From NCBI GenBank assembly GCA_963786955.1, contig CAWBAT010000005.1, positions 1,280,001-1,344,000 on the forward strand: a stretch of 64,000 bases of DNA, read 5' to 3'. The stretch comes from an uncultured Acidimicrobiia bacterium. GTDB lineage: Bacteria > Acidobacteriota > Terriglobia > Versatilivoradales > Versatilivoraceae. The notes beneath the pieces are model-generated. The model was not told where the DNA came from, did not search any database, and saw only the letters and a program-made list of their open reading frames with translations. The translations under genes were made by a program, and so were the position numbers. Shown here piece after piece: positions 39,218 through 49,168 of this stretch; position 1 is the stretch's first letter; each line of letters begins with the position of its first letter.

Positions 39218-40486
39218 TTACTGTGTCACACGCTCTATATCGGCTCCTAGCTCTTTGAGCTTTTGCTCGATTTTCTCGTATCCTCGGTCGAGATGGTAGA
39301 CACGGTCAATGACTGTTTCGCCTTCTGCTACCAGACCCGCCAGGACCAGTGATGCACTTGCTCGGAGATCAGAAGCGATCACTTTCGCCCCCGTCAATTG
39401 AGTTTTGCCAATAACGATAGCCCGATTTCCTTCCACCTTGATGTTCGCCCCCATTCGGATCATCTCGCTGGCATGCATGAACCGGTTCTCGAAAATGGTT
39501 TCGGTGACAATGGAAGTCCCTTCGCTTTGAGTCATCAGTGCCATGTACTGTGCTTGCATGTCTGTAGCAAATCCCGGGTATTCGGCAGTAATGACATCTT
39601 GTGACTGTATCCCGTTTGGAGTGCTCACCTTGAGCTCCGATGAAGAGATTCTCTCTACTTGCACCCCTACCTCTTCAAGTTTCTCAATCACCGCCGAGAG
39701 GTGATCGGCCCGACAGGATTGAATCGTAATCTCGCCCTGACTGAGGGCGCCAACTACCAAGAAGGTCCCAGTCTCAATCCTGTCTGGGACGATGGAATGT
39801 TGAGCACCATGAAGTTTGGCGACACCTTGGATTCGAATGGCACTCGTCCCATCTCCCGTGATTTTGGCTCCCATGGCCCGCAACAAATCTGCCAAATCAC
39901 TGATTTCAGGCTCGCAAGCCGCATTATGGAGCACGGTATCTCCATCAGCTAGTATGGCTGCCATGATCAGATTCTCGGTTCCTGTCACCGTAATTCGGTC
40001 GAAAAAAATCTCAGCGCCTTTTAGTCGGGTTACTTTTGCCTCAACATACCCATGTTCAATCGTAATGTTGGCTCCTAATTTCTCAAGCGCCTTAATGTGC
40101 AAGTCAATGGGTCTGGCTCCAATGGCACATCCTCCAGGGAGTGACACTCGAGCGCTTCCAAAGCGAGCTAACAGAGGGCCGAGGACCAGCACCGAAGCCC
40201 GCATAGTTTTCACCAGTTCGTAAGGGGCTTCCCAAGAGTTCAGTTGACGCGAACTGAGGGTGCAAATATTTGAGTCCGATACCTTTTCCAAGTCGACTTC
40301 ACACCCGAGTTCCTTCAGTAGTTGCCCGGTTGTTTGAATATCCCTTACACAGGGAACATTCAATAGGGATAATGGGTCTTCGGTCAGCAGCGAAGCGACC
40401 ATGCAGGGCAGGGCGGCGTTTTTTGCTCCACTGATGCGAACCGTTCCATGGAGCGGTCGTCCACCTCTGATGATGATTTTATCCAT
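39218..40486 (-). CDS. murA: UDP-N-acetylglucosamine 1-carboxyvinyltransferase
   Basis: SGAKNAALP, MRAS, LPGGCAIGARP, PGFATDMQ, DLRA, HLDRGYE. Confidence 0.97.
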   Translation of the reverse strand: MDKIIIRGGRPLHGTVRISGAKNAALPCMVASLLTEDPLSLLNVPCVRDIQTTGQLLKELGCEVDLEKVSDSNICTLSSRQLNSWEAPYELVKTMRASVLVLGPLLARFGSARVSLPGGCAIGARPIDLHIKALEKLGANITIEHGYVEAKVTRLKGAEIFFDRITVTGTENLIMAAILADGDTVLHNAACEPEISDLADLLRAMGAKITGDGTSAIRIQGVAKLHGAQHSIVPDRIETGTFLVVGALSQGEITIQSCRADHLSAVIEKLEEVGVQVERISSSELKVSTPNGIQSQDVITAEYPGFATDMQAQYMALMTQSEGTSIVTETIFENRFMHASEMIRMGANIKVEGNRAIVIGKTQLTGAKVIASDLRASASLVLAGLVAEGETVIDRVYHLDRGYEKIEQKLKELGADIERVTQ

Positions 40487-40503
40487 TTATTTTGTTTTTC
40501 CTG

Positions 40504-40798
40504 GGTAGGGCGCACACGCTGTGTGCGCCGGAAAACAAAGAACTGAGGACGGGGGTCTCAGCGAGACCACCATCCCTTGCGATGCTAATTCCTCAAACGC
40601 TATTCATTGACGGTGTTGGTAGGGCGCGCTCGCTGAGCGCGCCGCAAAGCTAGATTCAGGAACGGCGGTCTCAGCGAGACCGCCCTACCTTGTGAAGCAT
40701 ATTCCCCGAACGTCATTCATTGACGGCGTTGGTAGGGCGCGCACGGCGTGCGCGCCGCAAAAAAAGAATTCAGAATAGCGTCTCGGCGAGATCACCGC
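40504..40798. repeat. Tandem REP array (~118-bp unit, BIME-like)
   Basis: Alternating gtagggcgcgc.. and ..ctcagcgagaccgccctacc hairpins with conserved linkers. Confidence 0.82.
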
Positions 40799-40811
40799 AC
40801 CAACAAGCACT

Positions 40812-41993
40812 TTACCCGCGTCGAAACATGAGCCGTCCTTCGCAAAAAGTCATTTGCACATTCAACTCATCGTCCAACAAGACTAAATCTGCATCGAGGC
40901 CAGGTTCGATACTTCCTTTTAGGTTGGCAATGCCTATGGACTGAGCCGGATTCCGGCTGGTCATAAAGGAGGTTTCGGCCAAGCTCGCCTTTGTCCACCG
41001 CATCATGTTTTGAAGAGCACGATCTTGAGTGAGGGTACTCCCAGCCAGTCGTCCTTCGAGGTTGCGGCAAACTCCTTGGGTAACCGTAACTCGTAGTGGT
41101 CCAACCTGATACTCTCCATCGGGTTGGCCGCAAGCGCTGATGGCATCGGTGACGAGCAGAATCTTTTGAGGCCCTTTGCATCTGAGTAGAATCTCAACAA
41201 CCATAGGATCAACGTGTACCCCATCGGCGATCAATTCTGCCCAGATACGATCGTCTGACAAAACGGCTCCCAAGATTCCCGGATCGCGGTGATTGAATTC
41301 TCGCATGGCGTTAAATACATGGGTGGCATTGGTGATACCCGCTTCAATGGATTCTTTTGCCTCATTAAAAGTTGCATTGGAATGCCCCATAGATACCAGG
41401 ATTCCCATGGACCGTGCATGGCGAATGAATTCCAATCCGCCGGGGACTTCCGGAGCCATTGTGATCACCTTAATCTGATTGTTCGACCACTTGACGAATT
41501 CATCGAGAGTGGGAATAGATGGATTGCGAATATATTCAGCCGGGTGCACCCCCCTTTTCATTTCACTAATGAAGGGGCCTTCTAGGTGTAGTCCCATGAT
41601 TCTCGCGCCGCCTGTTTCCTCTGGGATCAGCCTCCCCAAGCTTTCGACGGCCTGCAAGGTGGCAAAGGGTGAAGCGGTAACCGTGGTCGCAAGATAAGCA
41701 GTTGTTCCATGGCTGGCAAGAAATCGAGAAATCACTTCAACGGCTTCCCGGGTTCCCTCCATGACATCCCGGCCATCACTGCCATGAACATGAACGTCTA
41801 TGAAACCCGGAAGCAGAGTCAAGTTTTCGCAGTGATAAATCTCAAACTCGCGCTCATCAAAGTGAACCGTAAAGCGTTTATTGACTTCGAGTATCTTTTT
41901 GCCTTCAATGAGGACAACCCCTTGCGGAATTACTCTTTCAGGTGTTATGACTTTTTTTGTAAATATTGCCAGTTTGTTCATAAGTAGTCTCAC
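40812..41993 (-). CDS. nagA: N-acetylglucosamine-6-phosphate deacetylase
   Basis: PGFIDVHVHG, HLEGPF, GHSNA, THVFNAM, VTDA, LAGS. Confidence 0.95.
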   Translation of the reverse strand: MRLLMNKLAIFTKKVITPERVIPQGVVLIEGKKILEVNKRFTVHFDEREFEIYHCENLTLLPGFIDVHVHGSDGRDVMEGTREAVEVISRFLASHGTTAYLATTVTASPFATLQAVESLGRLIPEETGGARIMGLHLEGPFISEMKRGVHPAEYIRNPSIPTLDEFVKWSNNQIKVITMAPEVPGGLEFIRHARSMGILVSMGHSNATFNEAKESIEAGITNATHVFNAMREFNHRDPGILGAVLSDDRIWAELIADGVHVDPMVVEILLRCKGPQKILLVTDAISACGQPDGEYQVGPLRVTVTQGVCRNLEGRLAGSTLTQDRALQNMMRWTKASLAETSFMTSRNPAQSIGIANLKGSIEPGLDADLVLLDDELNVQMTFCEGRLMFRRG

Positions 41994-42123
41994 GCCTCAC
42001 AAATCTAAATTGTCAAGGCTAGACGCCAATGGATTGAACAGCCGTCTCGGCCAGCAACCCCGGTCCCAGAAATCATAGCTATCTGAATCGGAGAGGCATT
42101 TCAGCGCCCGCCGGGCGATGGCC

Positions 42124-43047
42124 TTAGCGTTTTGACCGGGATCTTGATTTCGATGACGTCTTATCCAATCGCTCCCCTAAAGCAGCACGCAAGTCATGAT
42201 GGGCCTCTTTTAACCTTCTCAGAGCTTCGACACGGCCTAACCCGCATTTCGACATAACCACTGCCAGTTTAAGATTTCCTCTTGCTTCAGCCAAGGTTTT
42301 GCTCGCCCTTTCATAATTCATACCCGTTGCCGCCATGATGATTCTGCATCCGCGCTCCCGTAACTTCTCGTTCTGCATTTGAACATTAATCATCAGGTTA
42401 CTGTATACATATCCCATTCGGATCATTGCGGACGTAGAAATCATATTGAGAACGAGCTTCTCCGCTGTTCCGGCTTTCATACGAGTTGATCCTGTGAGAA
42501 TCTCCGGTCCAACGACCGGAGCGATAGATACGTCAGCAATTTTCGCCATCCTTGAACTTGGGTTACAGCTAATACTGATCACTTGGGCGCGAATGGATTG
42601 AGCATACTTCATTGCCCCCATCGTGAAAGGTGTGTTTCCGCTGGCAGCAATACCTGCGACCACGTCATTTGAACACAATTTTCTGCGTTTCATGGCAGTC
42701 GCACCTGCTTTTTCATTATCTTCGACTGCCTCTACAGATTGAAAAAGGGCTCTTACGCCTCCTGCAATAACTCCTTGCACTCGCATTGGGCTGACGTCAA
42801 ATGTCGGCGGGCATTCACTTGCATCAAGCACGCCCAGGCGTCCGCTCGTTCCGGCTCCAACGTAGATCAACCGTCCGCCCTTTTTGAAGGCCGCTACGAG
42901 CAAATCAACTGCTCTGACAATTTGAGGGATCTCACGGGCCACAGTCGAAGCAACAATCTGATCTTCGCGATTAATCATTCGCAAGATTTCTTCTGTAGAT
43001 TTGAGGTCGATCTCAAGGGAATTCGGGTTTCGATCTTCAGTTAGCAA
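42124..43047 (-). CDS. murQ: N-acetylmuramic acid 6-phosphate etherase
   Basis: TE.RNP, GAGTSGRLGVLDASECPPTF, GPEILTGSTRMKAGTA; TTG 43047 assumed because the longer ORF start lies in a REP. Confidence 0.93.
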   Translation of the reverse strand: MLTEDRNPNSLEIDLKSTEEILRMINREDQIVASTVAREIPQIVRAVDLLVAAFKKGGRLIYVGAGTSGRLGVLDASECPPTFDVSPMRVQGVIAGGVRALFQSVEAVEDNEKAGATAMKRRKLCSNDVVAGIAASGNTPFTMGAMKYAQSIRAQVISISCNPSSRMAKIADVSIAPVVGPEILTGSTRMKAGTAEKLVLNMISTSAMIRMGYVYSNLMINVQMQNEKLRERGCRIIMAATGMNYERASKTLAEARGNLKLAVVMSKCGLGRVEALRRLKEAHHDLRAALGERLDKTSSKSRSRSKR

Positions 43048-43106
43048 GTTATCGGGCCTTTGTTTAGAATATAGCTGGATCCTTATACAGTGCTTAGGGA
43101 ATGGTC

Positions 43107-43180
43107 GGGTAGGGAGTGCTCGTTGAGCCCGCCACAAAACCAAGAATTGGCAAGGTGTCTTAGCGAGACCGCCTTACCAA
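43107..43180. repeat. Degenerate REP pair
   Basis: ggtagggagtgctcgttgagcccgcc ... tcttagcgagaccgccttacc. Confidence 0.6.
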
Positions 43181-43230
43181 CAACTGTCCTACCAACAATC
43201 ACCTTACCGACGAACCGCCCGCCTATGGCA

Positions 43231-44274
43231 TTAGAGTGTCTTTGTAACTTTTTGTAATGATCGGGGTCGGTCTGGGCTCAGTCCTTTAACCTCTGATAGA
43301 AATGCCGCAAAAAGTTGTCCCGGAACAATGTAAGGGATTGGCGAAAGAAATTCATTGATCTTTTGAGGCACCCGAATTTCACGGGTAGCCAGTTTCAAAA
43401 TAGACGGTTCACTCGAAATGATGAGGGTCTCTGCTCTAAGCCGCCGGAGTTGTTGAGAGAGTGTGAGCATATTACTGTAGGTCTTCCCGGGAGGCGCGAA
43501 GACAAAGACAGGAAAACCCTTCTCAATCATGGCTACGGGCCCGTGCTGAAAGTCGGCAGAAGAGAACCGTTCTGAAATCACGTAACAGGTTTCCATTAGC
43601 TTGATGGCCAATTCATACACATTCGCATAGTTCAGCCCTCTACCCACGACAATGCAATGGTCCATGAAACGATAGCGTTCGACGATCGACTCAATCTGAG
43701 GGGACAATTTTAGAACTTCGGATGTCATCTCAGGAATGCGCTGCAAACGATCCACGCCTTTACCATTCTGCAGTGCCGAAGCTAAAAGATAAAAAATAAG
43801 AAGCTGCGCCGTGTAAGTCTTGGTAGCCGCCACGCTAAGCTCCCTTCCGGCCCGAATCAGAAAGAACTCATGCACAATCTCACAAATCGGTGAATCGGCT
43901 TCGTTGGTAATCCCCAGCGTCATTGCACCGGAATTTCGGGCACTCTCCAAGACATAGTTGACATCGGTTCCTTCCCCTGATTGGGAGATTCCCACGACGA
44001 GCGCGTCTTTCATTCTTAACTTTGAATGGTAAAGAGTGTGAACCGACGGGGCGGCCAGAGAGACTGGAATTTTCAAAGCAATCTCAAGCAAGTATCTCCC
44101 AAACAACGCGGCATTGTCTGAAGAACCGCGCGCGACCAGGACAATCAAACGGATATCACGAGACGAGAGGAATTTTCCGAACTGGAGCACTTTTCTGGTT
44201 TCCAATTGCAAAGTTCGAGCGAGTGCCTCCGGCTGCTCCGCAATTTCTTTCAACATGAGAGACGATATCTTCAT
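43231..44274 (-). CDS. Double-SIS domain protein (GlmS C-terminal-like; probable glucosamine-6-phosphate deaminase/isomerase)
   Basis: MLKEIAEQP, ARGSSDNA, SQSGE, SVAATKTYT, ELAIKLMET, HGP, LQKVT. Confidence 0.82.
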   Translation of the reverse strand: MKISSLMLKEIAEQPEALARTLQLETRKVLQFGKFLSSRDIRLIVLVARGSSDNAALFGRYLLEIALKIPVSLAAPSVHTLYHSKLRMKDALVVGISQSGEGTDVNYVLESARNSGAMTLGITNEADSPICEIVHEFFLIRAGRELSVAATKTYTAQLLIFYLLASALQNGKGVDRLQRIPEMTSEVLKLSPQIESIVERYRFMDHCIVVGRGLNYANVYELAIKLMETCYVISERFSSADFQHGPVAMIEKGFPVFVFAPPGKTYSNMLTLSQQLRRLRAETLIISSEPSILKLATREIRVPQKINEFLSPIPYIVPGQLFAAFLSEVKGLSPDRPRSLQKVTKTL

Positions 44275-44291
44275 TTAATAAAAGTCCTGTT

Positions 44292-44407
44292 GGTAGGGCG
44301 CGCTCGCCGAGCGCCCGGCAGTCTCAGCGAGACCGACCTACCAACCCCCCTTAAGTCCCCCCTTGGCGAAGGGGGACACTTTCCACGGTGGTTTCAGCGA
44401 GATCGCT
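44292..44407. repeat. REP mosaic
   Basis: gtagggcgcgctcgccgagcgccc, gtctcagcgagacc, ccccttaagtcccccttggcgaagggggac. Confidence 0.75.
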
Positions 44408-47239
44408 TCACCTGTGCTTCTTTGAGCTAGCCTCAATTACTTTGACGACTGCATCGGAAAAATGCCGACGAAATTCTCGAATGGCGTTGTTTTTTCGAGA
44501 TGGATAGATTCGATTCGTGAGGAGAACCATGAAAAGTTCCCGAGAAGGGTCAATCCAAATCGAAGTCCCCGTGAACCCCGTGTGGCCGAATGCATTTGAA
44601 GAAAGTAGGTTCCCTGCAGAGCTCCCTTCCGAAGGGGTATCCCATCCCAGAGCGCGACTGCTGTTGGCCGGTTCCCTCTGCCGAGCCGTGAATTTCTCGA
44701 GCGTGCTTTGGAAAACCACCCGATGGTGATCGTAAACTCCCCCGTTCAGTATCATCTGGCAAAAAATGGCCAGGTCTCCGGAGGTTCCGAACAATCCGGC
44801 ATGGCCAGCAACTCCTTCCATAGCAAAAGTGTTCTCGTCGTGAACTTCACCTTGAAGCAAACGTTTTCTCCACGGGTCGAGCTCAGTGGGCGCTATTTTG
44901 GATTTCAAGTTAGCGGGAGGGTTAAACAGAGTATGGCACATTCCTAGCGGCTGAAAGATTCGCTCGAAGGAAAGGGTGTCCAGCGTCATCCCGGTTAATT
45001 TTTCGATGATATCACCCAGCAGGATTATTCCGAGATCACTGTATACTGCTTTGCAGCCTATCTTAAACTCTAAAGGGAGATTGAGAATCTTTTTAACCAT
45101 TTCCTGTTTTCCGCAAACGCGGCGATATAAAGGCCGGTGTGCAGGCAATCCCGACGTGTGCGTCAGCAGGTGAAACAAAGTAACCTTTTCTCTTCCACCT
45201 CCTGTGAATGATGGGTAAAAGCGGATGAGCGGATCGTCCAACTTCAATTGTCCTTGTTCGAAGAGTTGCATTGCGAGAGTCGTTGTAGAAACGACTTTTG
45301 TCAGCGAAGCCAGATCATAGAGGGTGCCCGCTGTCACAGCAGGGCTTTTCGCGGAGTAGGAAAACTTGCCATAGCCGTGGTGAAAAACGAGGCTGTTGCG
45401 GTATCCAATAGCCACCGAGCCCCCCGGAAAGGATCTTTTTTCGATTTCCTGTTGGAAAAGATTACCCAGTGTCTCCTGAAGGGCTGAGCGCCATGCTAAT
45501 AACTCTTTCGAAGTACCTTGACTCTTTGCTGATGATAAACCTGTCAAACGCATTTCGATCCTGTTGCGAAGGATTCCTGTGCCTAGTTCCGCGATCTTGG
45601 GGATCGAAATTGGCAGCCTTCCACCCGTGTCAATCTCACCCAAAAGGGCTTTGACCGCCGAACGCTGGGAGACATCTGCGTTGCTGAATGTGCACAGGTA
45701 TAAAGGAATTTGGGGGAATCCCTCAATAATGTAAGGGTTTCCAAATGCAATGGTGGCGACGGGTTGATTCAGTGACGAAAGTCTTTGAATCCAATTCGCC
45801 AGATTCTCTGGCAGTCCGACCGTGCCGGTCGCCGTGACCACCCTCGCAAACGCGGCACAAATGATGAAGTCTGCTTGAGCGGCAGATTGGTAAGCTGCCT
45901 CCATTTCAGACCGTGTTGATGATGAGGAAATTCGTGAAAAGGAAATTCGCTCGAGCCGACTTTTCAATTCTGTTTCGAAAACACCGGTCTCCTCTTGTGC
46001 TCCTCTCCCCAAGACAAGACTGACATGCACCAACCGTAGACGGCGAACGTCCACCGGAACAATCTTGCATTGGTCGCGGACCAGCGTCACGGAGGCATCC
46101 GAAAACTCTTGCACTTTTTCCTGCAATCTCGGGTTATTGATCACCCGGCTGACCTGTCGCAAGGTGAAGCGAGGTCTTTTGGTCAACCCTAACCAGGCTT
46201 TGGCGTTCAAGATTTTGTTGACAGAATGGTCAATTCGATACGGATCAATTTCCTTCCTGCGCACCGCACTGAGCAGCGCTTCGTAGACAACGCCTGGAGT
46301 CGGGGGGTCAAGCAAAACATCTACCCCGGCATTTACAGCTCGAACCGCTGCATCTCCCACCCAATAGTTTTCGGCAAGTCCAGACATGGTCAAGGAGTCC
46401 GTCACGATAATATTTGAAAAGCCCAATTCCTTTTGGAGGATATCCGTCAGTACTCGTTTTGAAAGCGTTGCAGGAAGTCCCGGAGTTGGCTCTATGGATG
46501 GGACACTGACATGCGCCGACATGACTGACCAAACACCAGCCCGTATTGCTTCCCTGAATGGAGTCCACTCGACCGATTCAAGTCTTTTTCGCCCGGCATG
46601 AATGACAGGCAGTGACAAATGGGAATCAACACTGGTATCACCATGCCCGGGAAAATGCTTGGCGGTTGCCAGGATGCCGGTTTCCTGTACCCCTCGAATG
46701 AATGCGACGCCCAAACGGGCCACTAATTCAGGATTGCCACCGTAAGATCGAATGTTGATCACCGGGTTGGCGGGGTTGTTGTTGACGTCCAGCACCGGTG
46801 CAAAAATCCAATTCACCCCTAGGGCCCGAGCTTCTTGCCCGGTGAATTTGCCCTGAAGATAGGTCCACTCTTCCGAACCGGTTGCCCCAATGGCCATGTT
46901 CCAGGGAAGTGAAAGGGTATTGCGGATTCGGAAACTGGCTCCCCTTTCAAAATCAGAGGAAATAAAGAGAGGTATTCCAGCAACTGTCTGGAGCCGGTCG
47001 ATCAATACAGCGGATTCATAAACGTCACCGGCATACAAAATGAATCCACCGACATGGTAATGCGTGATTTGACGTTTGAGTTCAAGGAACTCTGGACTTG
47101 ACGAACTCAGGTAGATCCCTCGGAAGGCTGGCATGATCATCTGCCCGACCTTCTCTTCAAGCGATAGCTTTCGAAAAGTCTTTTTGACCCAAGCCAAGTC
47201 TAGGGACTTCCTGGAGTTAATTTTCTTGTTAGGAACCAT
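44408..47239 (-). CDS. GH3 beta-N-acetylglucosaminidase (NagZ-type) fused to a beta-lactamase-family serine hydrolase
   Basis: KHFPGHGDTSVDSH NagZ motif, IVTDSL; C-terminal ASLTK (SxxK), LLTHTSG, YSD, GHTGFTG. Confidence 0.9.
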   Translation of the reverse strand: MVPNKKINSRKSLDLAWVKKTFRKLSLEEKVGQMIMPAFRGIYLSSSSPEFLELKRQITHYHVGGFILYAGDVYESAVLIDRLQTVAGIPLFISSDFERGASFRIRNTLSLPWNMAIGATGSEEWTYLQGKFTGQEARALGVNWIFAPVLDVNNNPANPVINIRSYGGNPELVARLGVAFIRGVQETGILATAKHFPGHGDTSVDSHLSLPVIHAGRKRLESVEWTPFREAIRAGVWSVMSAHVSVPSIEPTPGLPATLSKRVLTDILQKELGFSNIIVTDSLTMSGLAENYWVGDAAVRAVNAGVDVLLDPPTPGVVYEALLSAVRRKEIDPYRIDHSVNKILNAKAWLGLTKRPRFTLRQVSRVINNPRLQEKVQEFSDASVTLVRDQCKIVPVDVRRLRLVHVSLVLGRGAQEETGVFETELKSRLERISFSRISSSSTRSEMEAAYQSAAQADFIICAAFARVVTATGTVGLPENLANWIQRLSSLNQPVATIAFGNPYIIEGFPQIPLYLCTFSNADVSQRSAVKALLGEIDTGGRLPISIPKIAELGTGILRNRIEMRLTGLSSAKSQGTSKELLAWRSALQETLGNLFQQEIEKRSFPGGSVAIGYRNSLVFHHGYGKFSYSAKSPAVTAGTLYDLASLTKVVSTTTLAMQLFEQGQLKLDDPLIRFYPSFTGGGREKVTLFHLLTHTSGLPAHRPLYRRVCGKQEMVKKILNLPLEFKIGCKAVYSDLGIILLGDIIEKLTGMTLDTLSFERIFQPLGMCHTLFNPPANLKSKIAPTELDPWRKRLLQGEVHDENTFAMEGVAGHAGLFGTSGDLAIFCQMILNGGVYDHHRVVFQSTLEKFTARQREPANSSRALGWDTPSEGSSAGNLLSSNAFGHTGFTGTSIWIDPSRELFMVLLTNRIYPSRKNNAIREFRRHFSDAVVKVIEASSKKHR

Positions 47240-47301
47240 CAGAACGTCAGGACTACTACAGACAAAATAAGAATCCCAATAAGGCTGACTCGCCTATCCA
47301 T

Positions 47302-48276
47302 TTATCGAAATCGAGGTAAATGGACCACATCTTCAGTTGGGACCAACTCGAGTGGTTTTCCAGAGCGCTGCCAAGCCGTGAATCCCCCTTCGATGGCATA
47401 GGCATTGTATCCATTCTCCCGGAGAATATACGCCACACGGGCGCTGGTTGCTTCGCGCAGTCAGGTGCAATACAAGTAGATTTCTTTATCTTTCGACAGC
47501 TGGTGCATTTCATGCGGGAGACTGTTTGGCTCAAGGCGAATCGAACCGGGGATCCTCATGGCTCCAACATCATAGTACCCGTGGCTTCGCGTATCCGCGA
47601 CAATGACTTTTTCCTTGCTCTCTTGCGAGTTCAACTTCTCTGCCAATTCCTTTACTTGAATTCTAGGTACGTCTCTAAATCGTCGACTTTTCCTGTAGTT
47701 GCGGAGTCGTTGGATGAGATAGAGCGTCAGGCAAAACAACAGTATCCATTCGACTACCTGCGTGTACGACGTAAAGCCAAGAAGGATTTCAGTCAGTAAA
47801 TGGCTGAAGAAGAATCCGAGGCCGAAGAAAGGGAGAACATAGAGGCAAGATGCCAGGATGTCCCAGCCAAGGAACTCCAGCACCCTCATGTTCATACTTC
47901 CCGCCATCGGAGGAGCCATGGTATTCACTGCCGGGATAAACTTGGAAAACAACAAGGTCAACCGGCCATGTTTGTAGAAAGACTCGGCAGATCTTAAGAT
48001 ACAATCTTCGGGGTTGTCAAAAAAGCGACAAAGAAAACCCAGGATAGCCCAGCCTGTATAGCGGCCTGCCAGAAAAAGAAGGAAATCTCCCAATAACATG
48101 GACACGATAGCGAGTGGAATTACCTTGGAAAATGCGAGTGTTCCAAATGCACAAGCCGCTCCACCGGCCACGAGTATCGGCACAGCAGGCAATGGGAGTC
48201 CAATGGCTTCAAGAAATACGTTGAAGAATATGATCCAGTATCCGTAGTGCTTGAGGAGATTGCCGACCTCTAGCAT
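47302..48276 (-). CDS. DedA (VTT) membrane domain + rhodanese domain, probable selenoprotein (UGA at 47461-47463 read as Sec)
   Basis: DedA motifs EAIGLPLPA, LLGD, SKFIP; frame continues past TGA as LREATSARVAYILRENGYNAYAIEGGFTAW..PLE to TAA 47302-47304. Confidence 0.8.
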
Positions 48277-48492
48277 ATCCTGTCATCCTTAACTATTGGC
48301 TGATCTGCCCTGCTTCCGAATGAAAGTAGAAAGGAAAACTATTTCATTGTAACTGAAAACCTTGACAGATGAGGGGAAGAATTCATGAGCCTTAGAGAGG
48401 CGTTTCGGGGCACTCTTTGAGTTTAAAGGTCTTTTGGTGTGATGGGAAGCGGGTCAAGCTATTCGCTCCTTGCCAGGGGCAATCCCACGGAG

Positions 48493-48930
48493 TTAGTAAC
48501 TCCCCCCGGCAATGTAAGATTCCAGTTGCTCAATCATAAACTCCTGATCAGAGATGATCGCTTTTACAACATCGCCGATTGAGATAAGCCCGATGACACG
48601 CCCTCCCTCTAGGACGGGAAGATGCCGGATATGTTTGTCAGTCATTCGCGCCATGCAATCTCTCACGGAATGGGAAGGACTGACACAATCGACTTTCTCA
48701 GTCATGATCTCGCAAACAGGCGTGTCTTTGGAGGATTTTCCATGGAGGATGACTTTTCGGGCATAGTCCCTTTCTGAAAAGATACCCCTTAGTTCTGCAC
48801 GTTCAAGCACAACCAAAGCCCCTACATTCTTTTCCGCCATGACTTGTAGAGCTTCAAAGACACTTGATTCCGGGGTAACCGACCAAACAGCAGATCCTTT
48901 AATTTTCAGAAGTTGATGGACAGTCATCAC
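48493..48930 (-). CDS. CBS domain pair protein
   Basis: NVGALVV..GIFSERDYARK, IRHLPV..GLISIGDVVK; GGAGG RBS. Confidence 0.9.
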   Translation of the reverse strand: MMTVHQLLKIKGSAVWSVTPESSVFEALQVMAEKNVGALVVLERAELRGIFSERDYARKVILHGKSSKDTPVCEIMTEKVDCVSPSHSVRDCMARMTDKHIRHLPVLEGGRVIGLISIGDVVKAIISDQEFMIEQLESYIAGGSY

Positions 48931-49168
48931 GGGTACCTCCCCTAAAGATAAAATTGAGTCCGTACAATCTCAGGCCCGCCGACGGCTGTATGCCGTTTGT
49001 CATCTCGTCTACTGGAGTCCTGTCGTGAGACAATTCAGTTGAATCTGTGATTGGTTCTTAGGATAACCCTTTGGGCGAAAAGAAGCAATACGGATTTGAC
49101 AAGTTAGGGGAAGGGATTTCTCCGCCCCGGAGTAACTCGCATCAGTAACGTAAATTCACTGAATCGAC

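Noticed and set aside
40504-40798. Possible CRISPR array (regularly spaced palindromic repeats; also 37641-37833)
   Set aside because: Repeats alternate in orientation, the spacers are themselves conserved between units and loci, and no cas genes are present; fits REP/BIME.
47256-47799. ORFs 47256-47534 (-) and 47320-47799 (+)
   Set aside because: They overlap the rhodanese domain, which is better explained by UGA readthrough in the DedA frame.
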